In this document: positions 1 through 13,274 of the stretch, one piece after another
Position numbering within the stretch: position 1 is the stretch's first letter
Layout: every line of letters begins with the position of its first letter
Assembly: GCA_035221665.1 (NCBI GenBank)
Contig: CM069140.1
Location: 14,632,001 to 14,696,000, forward strand
Direction of reading: 5' to 3'
Source of the DNA: Okamejei kenojei
Lineage: Eukaryota
Length of the DNA: 64,000 bases
Made by a program: the position numbers and the translations under genes
The notes under the pieces: generated by a model
Seen by the model: the letters and a program-made list of their open reading frames with translations, nothing else
Database searches by the model: none
Told to the model about the DNA's origin: nothing

Positions 1-379
1 TTCCCAATATTTTCAATCTTGATATCTGCACGGCCAATGTTCGCCAACCACTTTAGCTGTCGTTGTCCCTTCAGCTCTCGCTTCTCTCTACCATCATTTC
101 TCCTCACTTTTGGAATTCTGAAGTAGGATAAATGTCTCTCACGCTTACCCCGATTTCCACAATTATTTACAGCGCAAATATTGACCATTTCGGCATTTTT
201 TAACAGGTAAGAAAGTACGCGTTTCGTGTATTAACAGTGTACGCCATCGGCTACCGTGTCCTCACATGGATTGAGCTGTTCATGCGTCATGCCCTTTGAC
301 CCGATGACCTTACATGCAGCCCCCCCTAAAGGGAGAGGTTGAGCAGGCTGGGACTTTATTCCTTGGAGCGCAGGAGGAC

Positions 380-865
380 GAGAGATCTCCCTCTTGCAAA
401 ACACTTTAATTCCCCTTCCCATTCCCACAGTGAACTTTCTGTCCTAGGCCTCCTCCATTGTCAGAGTGTGGCCAAACACAAATTGGAGGAACAGCACTTC
501 ATATTTTGCTTACAGCTCAGTGGTATGAATAGTGATTTCTCTAACTTCAGGTAATCCTTGCATTCCCTCTCTCTCCATTCCTCCCCCACCCAAGTCGTAC
601 CAGCTTCAATGTCGACTGGTTGGGAATCTGTGTCTACTCATACTCACGCAGCACACGGCTAAATGGCCTCTATTCTTTATCGTTGTTACTTTTCTGCATA
701 TGTTTCATTCACTTGTTCTAAATCTCTCCACATCACTGTCTATATCTCTCGTCTAACTTTCTCCAACTCAGTCTGAAGAAGGGCCTCGACCCGAAACATC
801 ACCTATTCCTTTTCTCCAGATATGCTGTTTGACCCGCTGAGTTACTCCAGAATTCTGTCTATCTT
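380..865 (+). mobile_element. Penelope-like element 3' fragment (GIY-YIG tail plus terminal repeat)
   Basis: ORF remnant LAKHFNSPSHSHSELSVLGLLHCQ...KLEEQHFIF followed by the ctgaagaaggg...cccgaaac repeat. Related copies on - at about 20850-21360 and 50880-51400. Confidence 0.7.
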
Positions 866-1442
866 GGGTGATCTTATAGAGGTGTATAAAAAAAATAATG
901 AGAGGAATAGATAGCGTAATTGCACAGAGTAATTGCACAGACTTTTACCTGGGAGGGCCGGTTTCCATTCTGTATGACTCTAAGAGGCGTACGTTTCAGA
1001 GGCATCTTCCCACTGCGACTGTTTCTGTAATAATCTGAGGTAATTATCAGCACTTTCCACGGGATACGAAGACTGGTTGAATTAGACCGATAAAATGTTT
1101 TTCCTCAAACAACTAAACTTACTATGACACTCAAAGTATAAAGTAGAATCATTAATTGTACATTGCTGAACGTCTCCCTGCAAAGGTTTCCACCAGGTGC
1201 TCTTGTTTCCTTGCACTGCCAAAGATGTTGGGTTAAGTGGCTACTGTAAATTGTAGTGGTAGTCACAGATTCACACGGGAAGGTTTCAGTCCTCTAGAGT
1301 AAATAATGTAAAATATTGCAATCCTTAATTCTAACAATGAATATCATTTTGCCTCAAGACAGTTGGTTTGCTCATTATTCTCAGAGATTGCCGATTATAA
1401 ATAATATTTAAATACAGGCTGCCTTTTGTTTGCTGATACCAG

Positions 1443-1582
1443 GTACAGATGCGAGTGTGTACACAGCGGATACACAGGTCTGCACTGTGACATCCATGTC
1501 CCAAGCTGTCTTTCACATCCCTGCCTCAACGCCGCCACCTGCCAGGACATTGCTGGGAATTACATTTGTCACTGCCTGCCAG
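1443..1582 (+). CDS. CRB1: CRB1 internal exon (equivalent to human exon 4), EGF-like repeats
   Basis: ccag|G acceptor and CCAG|gtttgt donor; 140 nt, phase 2 in and 1 out. Encodes YRCECVHSGYTGLHCDIHVPSCLSHPCLNAATCQDIAGNYICHCLP with EGF cysteine spacing. Size matches human exon 4 as recalled. Confidence 0.9.
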
Positions 1583-3692
1583 GTTTGTGTTTTTACATTC
1601 GGTACAAAGCATTCGATGTTACAATGTTAGAAATATCAACAAAGTCGTATTAAACTAATAAACATTTATTACATGTGTATAATCTTAATTTCTCTAATTT
1701 GGGGAAGTTATGGCGATGTATATATTTATATTTTCCACTGTTTTCATATGTCTTATTGTGCATGTTCAATGTATCAATCCGTTGTCTGAATGAAAATATT
1801 AATGAGTGCCATTGATAATTTTTCCTTAGCTTAGACTGTCAAAGAATAGGTGGGATTATGGTTTATTATTGTTATATGTACCAAGATGCAGTGAAAAAGG
1901 TTTGATTGTGTGCTATTCAGTCAGACACAGAGTGCTGGAGTAACTCAGCGGGTCAGGCAGCATCTCTGGAGAACATGGATAGATGCCATTTTGGGTCGAG
2001 ACCCTACTTCAGACTGATTGTAGTGGAAGGGGGAAGGGGAAGAAACTGGAAGAGACACACAATCAAGAAATACACAAACACTACAGGAAGTGCAAAGAGA
2101 AAAACACCAGAGTGTGGAATACAGTGTTACAATTACAGAGAAAACGCAGTTAAAAGTCACAAAGCAACTTGTGTCAGAATAGTGCTTTTGAGTTGAATAA
2201 TTGAAAGGCAGTATCACTGTCACACCATTCTAGTAATGCTGCAATCGTTTAAAAATAAACTTCAAAAATATATTCCACACAAGAAGCTGGAGTAACTCAG
2301 CGGGTCAGGCAGCATCTCTGGAGAAAAGGAATAGGTGATGTTTTTGGTCGAGACACTTCTTCAGAAAAATATATTTCTTCAGTCCAAACTGGACAAAGTA
2401 GCATCATGGACCACAGTTGTCAAAGACCACTGTAGTAACCCAGGACAAGATCAGGTGGTGGTACCTGCCTTCCTCCAATCTGATTGTCAGAGTATCTTGG
2501 AGCTGATTGGGATATTCTGCAATTTGACATGAACAGGGTGGGTGGATCGACAAACTAAGGCGGGGAAGGAAGTAACTACAGATGCTGGCTTGTACCAAAG
2601 AAAGACACAAAGTGTTGGAGTAATTCAGCGGGCCAGTCTGAAGAATGGTCCGTCCCTTATCTCCAGAGATGCTGCCTGACCCGTTGAGTTACTCCAGCAC
2701 TTTGTGTCTATCGTGGGGGGGAGAGGGTAGGGGAAAGGAAAGACTCAAGTACAACTCATGGGGAATCAAAGAATGGTCTTGCAAACTTGAGTTGTAGGGA
2801 GATGATGGCTGGGCTGTGACCTTTTTTCTTTGGAGCATCGGAGGCTGAGGGTGAACTTATTGAAGTGTACAAGATCACGAAGGGCGCGAATAAAGTGAAC
2901 GCTCACCGTCATTTTCCCAGGTTAGAGGATTGTAATACTGGAGGGCATGAGCTTAAGGTGGGAGGGGAGAGATTGAAGAGAGACCTGGGGCAACCTTTTC
3001 AATTAGCAGGAGGTTTGTATCTGGAATAGGCTGCTAGAGGAAGCTGCAGAAGCAGATACTATTCTGTATCCGTTACGATTTCTAAACACATTTGTACAGA
3101 AACAAGGATAGGAAGGGTTTAGAGGGATATGGGCCAAATGCAGGCAAATGGCACTAGCCCAGAACAAGGGACTTTTTCCATGCTGTACAGCCCTAGGTCT
3201 CTAAAATAGGAAAAAACTGGAAAGAAGACAGATGAGAGAATGGATAACGAGTGAATGAATAAAACAGGACCTGAATACGTTCATATGTTAGCCCAATCAT
3301 TCCTGGGATCATTGTCTTAAAACTCCCCTGGACCCTCTCCAACGCCAGCATATTCTTCCTCGGATATGGGGCCCATATCTTCCCCTGTACCTCATTTACT
3401 AATTTCTACTTCAACTAGTTTAGTTCAAGGAATTTAGAAAGAGTAGACTTTAGTTAAAGAGTTTGTCATCTTCTCACCCCTCCCATCACTGTGCTCCCTC
3501 TCCAAGACTCTCCTGGCGAGAGTATTTATCCTGTTAGTTTAGTTTAGTTTATTATTATTATCACAGGTATGGAGGTAGATGGAAAAGCTTTTTTGGTGCG
3601 TGCTATCCAGTCAGCGTAAAGACTATACATGATTACAATTGAACCGTACACTGTGTACAGATACAGATACAGGGAATTAAGGTTTAGTGCAA

Positions 3693-4152
3693 TTTACTTA
3701 CTTACTTACTGTCTGTTATGCCCCCTGGCATGTAGGGCAGCAACAAAGGTCCTCCACTCCTGTCTGCTTCTGGACACTACCCCAGGCCAGTATATTGTTT
3801 TCATTTCCTCCTCTACAGTTCGATGCCTGGTGGTTTTGGGTCTCCCTCTTTTCCTTTTCCCTTCCGGTGTGCAGTGCAGGGCTATTCTTGGGATGCCGTC
3901 TGGTTCACTCATCAGTATATGGCCAATCCAGTTCTTAATGACTTCGACCGTATGCTGTGGGATCCCATACATTTGTCGCACCATCGACATTCATCCCAGC
4001 ATCTGTCGATAGCCCAGGAAGTCCATCACGCCCAGTAGTGTTGACCTGTCCAGCATGGGAGACCCGAACAGGAGACGAATCTCCCGCTGGCATTGCTCTA
4101 GGGGTCACTGAGACACACAAACTCCCCGACAACGACAAGGTTGCAATCCACC
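3693..4152 (-). mobile_element. Internally deleted RTE-clade LINE
   Basis: Minus-strand ORF WIGHIL...PRIALHCTPEGKRKRGRPKTT...RQEWRTFVAAL typical of RTE ORF2 ends. (TAAG)n tail at 3694-3709. Near-perfect 9-bp flanking repeat ttagtgcaa/ttagtgaaa. Confidence 0.7.
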
Positions 4153-4362
4153 TTAGTGAAAGATAAAGTCCAATTACAGACAGTTCATTGGTCTCCAATG
4201 AGGTAGATGGGAAGTCAGGACTGTTCTCTAGTTGGTGACAGGACGGTTCACAGCTGGGTACAAACTGTCCGTGAATCTGGAAGGTTCATTTAATTTTCAT
4301 TTGTGCCATTGTGCTGTCCAGATTGTGAAGGTGGATCTTATCTATGTGAGCATTTCCTCCAG

Positions 4363-4545
4363 GTTTTACGGGGCCACAGTGTGAGACGAATATCCAGGAG
4401 TGCAGCAGCAATCCATGTCTACACGGGGGGCAGTGTGTTGAACTCACCTGGCTGGAGGTGTATGGAAACGCCACCGACTTGCCTGCAGTCTCCAGCTCTG
4501 AGCGTGCTTCCGGCTACATCTGTAAATGCCCGCGTGGATTCACAG
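4363..4545 (+). CDS. CRB1: CRB1 exon 5, EGF-like repeat with the CRB1-typical loop insertion
   Basis: ttcctccag|GT to ACAG|gtaacc; 183 nt, phase 1/1. Translates [62 protein letters not shown], a frame absent from the supplied ORF track. Confidence 0.92.
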
Positions 4546-4764
4546 GTAACCTAAATGTCACCCAATTCTTCCCGCTGCCCCGCTGAGTTACTCCAGCTTT
4601 TTGTGTCTTTAAACCTGCATCTGCAGATCTTTCCTACACATATGGATATTATATATAACTATATGGGAAAATGCAAGGGAGGGAGAGATATGGATCATGT
4701 GCAGGCAGTGATTAGTTTGACTTGGCATTGTGTTCAGCACAGACAGTGTGGGCCTGTTCCTCAT

Positions 4765-5192
4765 CACATAATCTGATTATGGTAATAAATAGCCTTTAAT
4801 CTAAGATGCACTTCTGGAGGAACAACATTTTGAAACCTCTCCAGCAACGTATTTTTACAGCAATTGCAACCCAATATTTATCTGGTTTTTGTCAGTGACT
4901 TTAGCTGGAGTGGTGAGGGGAAGCATTACCAGGGCACAGCAGGGCACCATGTAAGCAAGGAGAGGGCTAATTCTTAAGCTCTGTTTTGCTGACCTGGTTG
5001 GCGAAGAATTGCCTGGTTAAATCGGTAATCATAACAGAGGAAGGAACGAAGTGTACAGTTAGGATACAAGTGAACGAAGACAGATGAACAACACACGGCA
5101 GGGGTTGAGGTGACATAAGCCTGAAGATCATTTAAAGGGCTTTTTTTTATAAAGAGTTCTGGTGCAGACCCTTTTAAATCCCACTTGAAGCA
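4765..5192 (+). promoter_or_regulatory. Putative photoreceptor promoter of the CRB1-B-like isoform
   Basis: Repeat-free stretch with K50-homeodomain (CRX/OTX)-type motifs TAATCT/TGATTA 4769-4779, TAATCT 4797, TAAGCT 4975 and TAAGCC 5116. AT-flanked Maf/NRL half-site TTTTGCTGAC 4984-4993. TATAAA 5148-5153. Motif matches only. Confidence 0.45.
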
Positions 5193-5241
5193 ATGGTGTT
5201 ATCCGTTCTTAAGGCGTCCGTCTTTATGATGGTCATCACAG
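5193..5241 (+). CDS. CRB1: Alternative first coding exon of a CRB1-B-like isoform (signal peptide)
   Basis: gcaATGG (good Kozak) MVLSVLKASVFMMVIT-G|gtaaat. The phase-1 donor joins exon 6 in frame (MMVITGSHCEV). Lies in intron 5, like the mammalian Crb1-B first exon. Confidence 0.75.
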
Positions 5242-7746
5242 GTAAATATTTTTGAGTAGAATATTCTTTAAAGGTAAATGCATTAGCCTGGAGTTTACTT
5301 TAATACTCAGGAGAAAAAGGTGGGCGTGTCATTGTGAATAATTGTAGCATCAGGGAACTGCAGATGCTGGTTAGTATATATATTTTTAAATATGTATAAT
5401 TGGTGTTTTGTTAAATATGCCTCTGATGAGTCGATTGCAATAGTAACATTTTAATGTTGTACGTTAAAGGAACATCCCTTAGTCTTAATGAATTTTGAAT
5501 TTTGCCGTTGCATGATATAATATAATTATCTGAAGAAGGGTTCCGACAACTATTCCTTTTCTCTAGCTGCTGCCTTACCTGCTAAGTAACAACCAGCATA
5601 TCTCCGGTGTCTCTGGTATCAACCAGTGACTATCTCCGGTATCAACCAGCATCTACGGTTCCTTCCTACACATATAATTGTTACCATGTTTTTTATATTT
5701 TTTTAATTGTAACTAGCTTTATGGATTTTTCAAATGTTATCCATGTAAACGATTTTACAGTTCTACTGACCTGGAAATAATTTGCTTTAGTTTTAGACGA
5801 TTTATTTATCAAAAAGGATAGGTTAAGCAGCACTTCCAAAATCAAGAGTCACCAAGATTTTTGTGTTTGGTGCTTTAACCAATACAGAATAATCGCCATA
5901 AGCTACAGAGCAGCTGCTTAGCTTAGTTTAGAGATGCAGCTAGGAAACAGGCCCTCCGGCCCACCAAAAATGGACACAAAATGCTGGAGTAACTCAGCGC
6001 GACAGGCAGCATCTCTGGAGAGAAGGAATGGGTGAAATTTCGGGTCGAGACCCTAAGGTCCGCACCAACCAGCGATCCCCGCACATTAACACTATCCTAC
6101 ATACACTAGGGACAAATTTACACTTATACCAAGCCAATTAACCTACAAACCTGCACATCTTTAGATGTAGGAGGAAACCAAAATTATTTAATATGGAGGG
6201 TTATAAAACAATGTAATGAAATTACTTTTAGGGAACTCAGCACATTTATTTAAACTACTTTCTATTTGTGTATTTATACATTGATCAGTGGAAGACATTT
6301 GTATTGAACAGTACACAGAATCTGAAGAAGGGTCTCGACCCGAAACGTCTCCTATTTCCTTCACTCCATGGATGCTGCCTCGCCCGCCGTGTTTCTCCAG
6401 CATTTTTGTCTACCTTTGATTTTCCAGCATCTACATTTCCTTCTTAAACAGTACATAGAGTGTTATAATCTGAAGAAAAGTAACAACTCTAAAGACTAAA
6501 ACACAAGGTGCTGGAGGAACTCAGTGGGGCAGAGCAGCATCTGTGGAAGGAAGGAATGGGTAGACCACATTTCAGGTTGAGATCCTTCTTCAGACGCTGT
6601 CGTAGGTCCGATGTTCCGACCTGAAACATCGTCTGTCCATTCCCTTCACAGATGCGGCCCGGCTGAGTTCCTCCAGCACTTTGGCTTTGCTCAAGATTCC
6701 AGCATCTGCCGTTCCTTGTGCTCCTCTTCTTATTTCTTATATTCTGATTTGTGCATACTTAGCCAATCATATATGAAAGGGGGAGGGCGAGAGTTAGGAC
6801 AAAGTTTGCCAAGTGATGGGTGGATACAGGTAAGGTGGGTGTCGATTGGAAGATGTGTAGAATAAGTAACAACATTGCATTGAAAAGGAGACAAAGGGGT
6901 GACAGATAAGGAGAGAAGAGGAGGAGTGAAGTAAAGCTGGAGGCAGCCATTGTCCCTGGAGTCTACTCTCTCTCATCATGGCTGATCTAGGCCTCTGCTC
7001 ATCTTTAAGCCTTCACTGCACTCTGGAGGAAAAAATCTCTGTATCTCAGCCTTACCCATTCTCCCTGTACGAATGTGGCTGTTCCTACAAGAGCTTCAAT
7101 TTCCTTTTACATCCCAAAGACACACAGGTTAATTTCCTCTGTAAATCACCCCAAGTGTGTCGGAGAAATCAATGGGTTGGTATAAATGGCCGTTTGATGG
7201 CAGGAATTTGTGGGCTGATTTCATGCTGCAACACTCTTTGACAGCTATCTGACTCTATAAAGTTATACAACACAGAAACGGGCCCTTCGACCCAACTCAT
7301 CCAAGCCGACCTCAATGCCTACATTTGGCCCATATCCTCTAAGCCTTCCCTATCCACGTGCCTGTCCAATTGTATTGTAAACATTACTAAAGGAGACAAA
7401 AGGAAGTAACTTACAGTGTGATGTCACTAATGAATTCAACAAATTTGCGTTTGTACCCACAATGTACAAATGTCTTAGAGACAATCTAAACCTAATCAGT
7501 CTGAAGAAGGGTCCTGAAACGTCACCTATCTACGTTCTCTAGAGTTGCTGCCTGACCCCCTTGAGTTACTCCAGCACTCTGTGTCCTTTTTGTTTAGTAA
7601 ACCAGCTTCTGCAGTTCCTTGTTTCTCCAAAAGTCTTCACTCGTTACCTGTCAGAAGAGCAAACACTACAAAAGCTTTTCACTGTACCTCAGTACATGGG
7701 ACAACAAACTAAAGTAAACTCAACGTATATTCCCTTCCTTTTCAAG

Positions 7747-8706
7747 GTTCCCACTGTGAGGTAGCTGTTGGCGAATGCGACTGGAATCCTTGTCGGAATG
7801 GAGGAACGTGCCAGAATGTGCAGGAGGGTTACATCTGCCTCTGCCCAGCAGGAAGTGGACAAGGTGTGTTCTTCGGAGGCCAGAACTGCACAGATATTCT
7901 GACTGGCTGTGAGAGCCACGAATGCCAGAACAAAGCAACATGCATCCCTCACCTGCTGGGTACACAACACAGGCACCGCTGCCTCTGTGCGAAGGGCTAC
8001 ACTGGCACAAACTGTCAACAATCGACCACCTTCTCTTTTGCGGTCAGCGGCTATCTTCGTTTTAAAACATCACCTGCCAGGAAAAGTGAGTCCGCGGCAA
8101 ACAGACCTCCCTATCGCATATTCCTGAGGTGTAGAACCATGCTGTCCAATGCCGTCATTTTCCACCGGGGGGACAGAGAAACATTCATGAAGTTGGAAGT
8201 ACTCGATGGGCATTTATCAGCCTCGCTGCACGTAAGGAACCAGCCACTTGCAACCCTCGAGATCTTCAAGGACGTGAGCGATGGGGAGTGGCACGCTGTG
8301 GAAGTGACTCTCAGCAGCCATTTTGCTGTCAAACTGCTGGATAGTTCCTGTGCTGGAGAATGCATGGCCCTGAAGCCTCTAGAGATGGCGAGTGGGCACT
8401 TTCCCTCTGCATTTGAAAGCACATCCTTTGGTGGCACGCGGGATGTCCATGGAGATTATCCAGGAGCGACCCAGCCCCAGACTTGGCCCCATTTTATCGG
8501 CTGCCTTCGGGACGTGACAGTGGAATGGAATGTGCTGGGGCTGGACGCTCCCGCGGCTGAGACGGCCCTGAATGTGCAGCCTGGTTGCAGCGAGAGTGAT
8601 CCATGCCAGACGGATCCGTGCCAAAGCAGGGGCCAATGTGTCGATTTGTTGGTAAATCACCGCTGTGATTGTTTCCGCCCATACGTCGGATTGAACTGTT
8701 CTGAAG
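7747..8706 (+). CDS. CRB1: CRB1 exon 6 (EGF repeats, laminin G-like 1, EGF)
   Basis: ttttcaag|GT to GAAG|gtaagt; 960 nt, phase 1/1. Includes ORF 7818-8714 with LamG motifs VSDGEWHAV and FIGCLRDV. Confidence 0.95.
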
Positions 8707-11459
8707 GTAAGTAGATCATAAGGTCATAAGTCACAGGAGTAGAATTAGGCCATTCGGCCCATCAAGTCTACTCTGCCATTCAATCACGGCTGTTCTCCCT
8801 CTCCTAACCCCATTCTCCTGCCTCCTCCCCATAACCTCTGACTCCCGTACTGCAAGGTAGTTCAAATAACTTTTTGAACTTGGGCCAGCTTTGGGCGGGC
8901 ACAGTGATGGAGTTGCTGCCTCGCAGCACCAGAGACTCAGGTTCAATCCTGACTACAGGTGCTGTCTGTACGGACTTTGCACGTTTTCCCTGTGACCGCG
9001 TGGGTGTTCCCCGGGTGCTCCGGTTGCCTCCCACACTCCAAAGATGTGCAGGTTTATAGATTGATTGGCATCTGTAAATTGTAAATTGTCCCTAGTGTGT
9101 AGGATAGAGCCAGTGTACTGGGTGATCGCTGGTCGGCACGGACTCAGTGGGCCGAAGGGCCTGTTTCCGCGCCGAAAGGCAAGAAAAACTCAATGGAAAA
9201 TTAGATGCAGTCGGCCAGAGGTCTGATCTTGGTGCCCTTGCGCTGAAGGTTGAAGATGCGATCTGCATGTTGGCTGCATTGCTGAGAAGCCCAAAGTGAA
9301 TCGGTCCCAACCCTCGAACAGTCTTGGAAGAAAGCACAGCTAGCGTGAATCTCCACTTTGGATTAGGTTTAGGTTTATTATTGTCACGTGTACCGAGATG
9401 CAGATAAAAGGCTTTTGTTGGCATGCTGTCCAGTCAAATCAGATAATACTATACATGAGTGCAATCCAGCCAAATATAGTGTCACTGCATTGGAGGGTAA
9501 CAGTTCCAGAGAAAATGTCCAATGTACACATTGAGGGTGAAGCCATCACTGAATTTAACATGTTTTTTATAATCTAAAATATTTAAAAGCTGTTATCGTT
9601 AACGCAAGTAATCAAAATTGTGAATGAAAAATTAGGCCAATTCATATACACAGTAATAGAACAGTACACATCAGTAGATGATCCTGTGTACCCTACATAT
9701 CCATATGCCTATGCAAAATCCGCTATCACATCTGCCTCAACCACCAACCCTGGCAGCACGTTCCAGGCATCCACCACCCTCTGTGTAAAAAAATAAAGTC
9801 AATTTTTTAATTGAATAAATTAAATTGTCAAAAGTCTCTTCGCATTCCCTTTGCCACCTTACTCCCAGGCTGAGAATGACCACTGAGCTGAATGGACAAC
9901 AGTGAATCAGCTGAAGATAGACACAAAAAGTTGGAGTAACTCAGCGGCTCAGGCAGCATCTCCGGAGAAACGGTACAGGTGACGTTTCGGGTTGAAACCC
10001 TTCTGAAGTTTGACCCAGTCTGAAGAAGGTCTCGACCCGAAATGTTACCTATTCCTTCTCTCCAGAGATGCTGTCCGACCCTCTGAGTTACTCCAGCTTC
10101 TTGTGTCTATCTTCAGGTTAAACCAGCGCCTGCAGTTCCTTCCCTCACAGTGAATCAGCCTCCTGTTTTACACCCTAGCACCAGGCCAGCACAGTGCTGG
10201 GATCTCCCAGCACACTGTTCCACCATTAAACTCCACGTGGAGTTCAACAGCAGAGTGCAGCGACAGAGGTGGGGGGCATCTGACACTCAGTGAGTCTAGA
10301 TGTCTAGTATGTGCACATATATTGGGGACTGACTTCTCATTTCAGCAGTTTTCCTCTGAAACATCAGGGGCAGTGTTGTAAGATTAACCCTGTGTTTCTG
10401 AAGTGCATTAATGACAAAACGTTAACATCAATAGTAGAAACAAAGAACTGCAGATCCGCTGAGTTAATTCAGCATTTTGTGTACTCTAACAAAAACAAAC
10501 CAGGTTACAAGTAACAGCTAGACATGTTTCACATTTTAAAATTTAAATGTATAAATTTTGAATTGAAAACTCCATTTGCCAGTGCAGTCCCTTTACTATA
10601 AGTATATTAGTTTGCAAAACCTTTAGCCATTATTTGCATCTCCATTTTAACATTGATATCTGAATTAAACAGGTGTGATGCAACTCTTGTTTAGTTTGCT
10701 GCATGATATGTTGGAATATGATTCAGCCTTCTGTTGCCGGCCCTGTTTTGTTCTGGCCTTTTCTTGCCTCCAGTTACCCCCATTACCGCCTACCCCCCTC
10801 CGCCCCCCCTCCCCACCTTTCAGTTTGAAGAAGGGTTACGACGTTTGGAGAAACGTCACCTCTTCCTTCTCTCCACAGATGCTGCCTGACCCGCTGAGTT
10901 ACTCCAGCACTTTGTGTCTATCTTCGGTATAAACCAGCATCGGCAGTTCCTTCCTACAGATGATTAAACTATTGACTGTGGGCAAAATGAGCAAGAGTGA
11001 AACATCTGCCTGTCTTAAACCCTTGGCCCAATATTCTCTCCCATTGATCCCAATTACAAGAAAAAAGTCAGACAGAATGCAAAGCAGATGTTGCTATGGT
11101 CTCATTGGTTTTGTTAAACCAGCATCTGTCCCATCGCTTAGTTATTCAGTTGGATTTTACTTAAATTTCTCTAATACAGGAACTCTTTATGTAGATAGAT
11201 ACAAAAAGCTGGAGTAACTCAGCGGGACAGGCAGCATCTCTGGATAGAAGCAATGGGTGATGTTTTGGGTCGAGACCCTTCTTCAGAACTTGATGTATAT
11301 TTTTTCAGCAAGAATGCCAGTCTGATTTGTATTGTGACAGTAATTATTGTTTGACGAGTGTAACTATGTACCAGAGAATGTACATAAGGTCTGTACCTCA
11401 TGCACACAACTCTGTACATGAGGTTGTAATCCAATTTCCCTTTTGTTTTTTTTTAACAG

Positions 11460-12010
11460 AATTAATCCCGGGTAGATTTGGCGCTGAAGATTCCAAAGGC
11501 TACGCTTTGTTTACCATTGATGACGATCCAGGAGAGGAAGTGAACATATCCATGTTTGTTCGCTCCCGCAAACCAAACGGTCTGTTACTGATGCTGAAGA
11601 ATAACGGCGTTCCGTACCTTTGGCTGGAGTTAGACGCTGGACATGTGGTGGCCCAATCTCCCCCGTCTCAACCTCTCGCCAGTAGTCACTCCATTACCAA
11701 CGGCGACTTCTATCTGATAACTGTGGAGATAAAACAAAACCAGATGAAGCTGGTCGAGGCGGGTCGAGTTGTAGGTCATGTTCCAATTCCCCCAGTTAGA
11801 GTGCAGGCTGGTGATGTGGCTTTGATCGGAGGTCTGCCAAATCAGACGGAACTTGCCCAAGACGCAAGTTACTTTGAAGGATGCATCCAGGATATAAAAA
11901 TCAACAACAAGAGACTTGAGTTTTATCCCGTCGGTGTCTCCGGGGAGTCTTACAGTAACAAGAAACTAGTAAATATAACAAGTGGCTGTGCTGGAAACAA
12001 TACCTGTCAG
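11460..12010 (+). CDS. CRB1: CRB1 exon 7 (laminin G-like 2)
   Basis: Poly-pyrimidine tract then aacag|A, ending CAG|gtacag; 551 nt, phase 1/0. Encodes ISMFVRSRKPNGLLL and YFEGCIQDIKIN. Confidence 0.93.
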
Positions 12011-12159
12011 GTACAGTATACAGACTGCAATTCACACCCTTATTACATAGAACAGAGAACAGTACAGCACAGGAATCGGCCCTTCCGTCACAATGTTTAT
12101 GCCAAACTTGATGCCAAGTTAAACTGATCTCATCGACCTGTCCATTTCCCTGCCTCCCT

Positions 12160-12575
12160 TCCATTGACTCCATCTACACTTCACGCTGCCTCGGCAAGGC
12201 CACCAGCATTGTCAAGGACGAGTCTCACCCCGGTCACTCCCTCTCTTCTGCCCTCTCCCATCAGGAAAGAGATGCAGAAGTGTGAAAGCGCACACCACCA
12301 GATTCAGGGACAGTTTCTTCACAGCTGTTATCAGGCAACTGAAGCGGCCCATCACTAACTGGAGAACAGTCCTGACCTACCATCTGTCTCATTGGAGACC
12401 CTTGGACTATATTTAATCGGACTTTACTGGACTTTATCTTGCACTAAACGTTATTCCCTCTATCCTGTACACTGTGGGTGGCTCAATTGTAACCATGTAT
12501 AGTCTTTCCACTGGATAGCACACAACAGAAAGGCTTTTCACTGTACTTCAGTACGCGTGACAATGAACTAAACTA
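12160..12575 (+). mobile_element. Rex1/L2-like LINE 3' fragment
   Basis: Translates SIYTSRCLGKATSIVKDESHPGHSLFCPLPSGKR...TTRFRDSFF. A second copy lies at about 15585-15975. Confidence 0.6.
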
Positions 12576-13274
12576 TAATTAAACTTCCATGTGCCTATCT
12601 AAAAGAATCATTGAATCTTTTTATCTACTTGGATAGAATGACAAACCTATTGTAACTAAAATCTCGGTGCAATACTATAATCTCAGAGTTTACTGGTAGC
12701 TGGCATGAAGATCATCTTAGACACTGAGTGCTGGAGTAACTCGGTGGGTCAGACAGCATCTCTGGAGAACACAGATAGGTGATGTTTTGGGTCTGGACTC
12801 TTCTTCAGACTTTCCCTGTCTAACAGGAAAACCTTTTCTTCATATTGATGCCTGTTCCATAATATACAGATACAATTTTTTTGTTTAGAAGGTAGACATT
12901 GTCGGTAAGGTAAAACATAGCACTTTAGTTTTGGAGAAACAGTTTGGAAGCGGGTCCTCTGGTCTACAGAGTCTGCTACGTCCAGTGATCACCCGTACCT
13001 CTATCCCGCAGATTAGGAACAACTCGCAAACCTGCTTATCTTTCGAATATTTGAGGAAACCAGAGCACCTGGAGAAAATCCACACAGGCACAGCAGGGAG
13101 AACTTACAAACTCCACACTGACAGCACCCGCTGTCAGGATTGAACCTTGGTCTCTGGCGCTGTAAGGCCGCAGTGCAGTGCCACTATTTTTGAACTGTTG
13201 GATGCAGTGTCTTTAAATTGAATCTGTGAGACGTAATTATGAATTTTGTAATCATTTTGTTTCTGCTTACCCAG

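Noticed and set aside
8707-8714. Secreted CRB1-C-like isoform by exon 6 read-through
   Set aside because: Adds only GK* and runs into repeats. I see no supporting poly(A) signal, so it cannot be supported from sequence alone.
8895-9170. tRNA genes
   Set aside because: A/B-box sequences are heads of tRNA-derived SINEs and lack a full cloverleaf.
12011-12127. ORF continuing past the exon 7 donor
   Set aside because: Runs into a CR1/SINE tail (cggcccttc). An ordinary intronic open frame.
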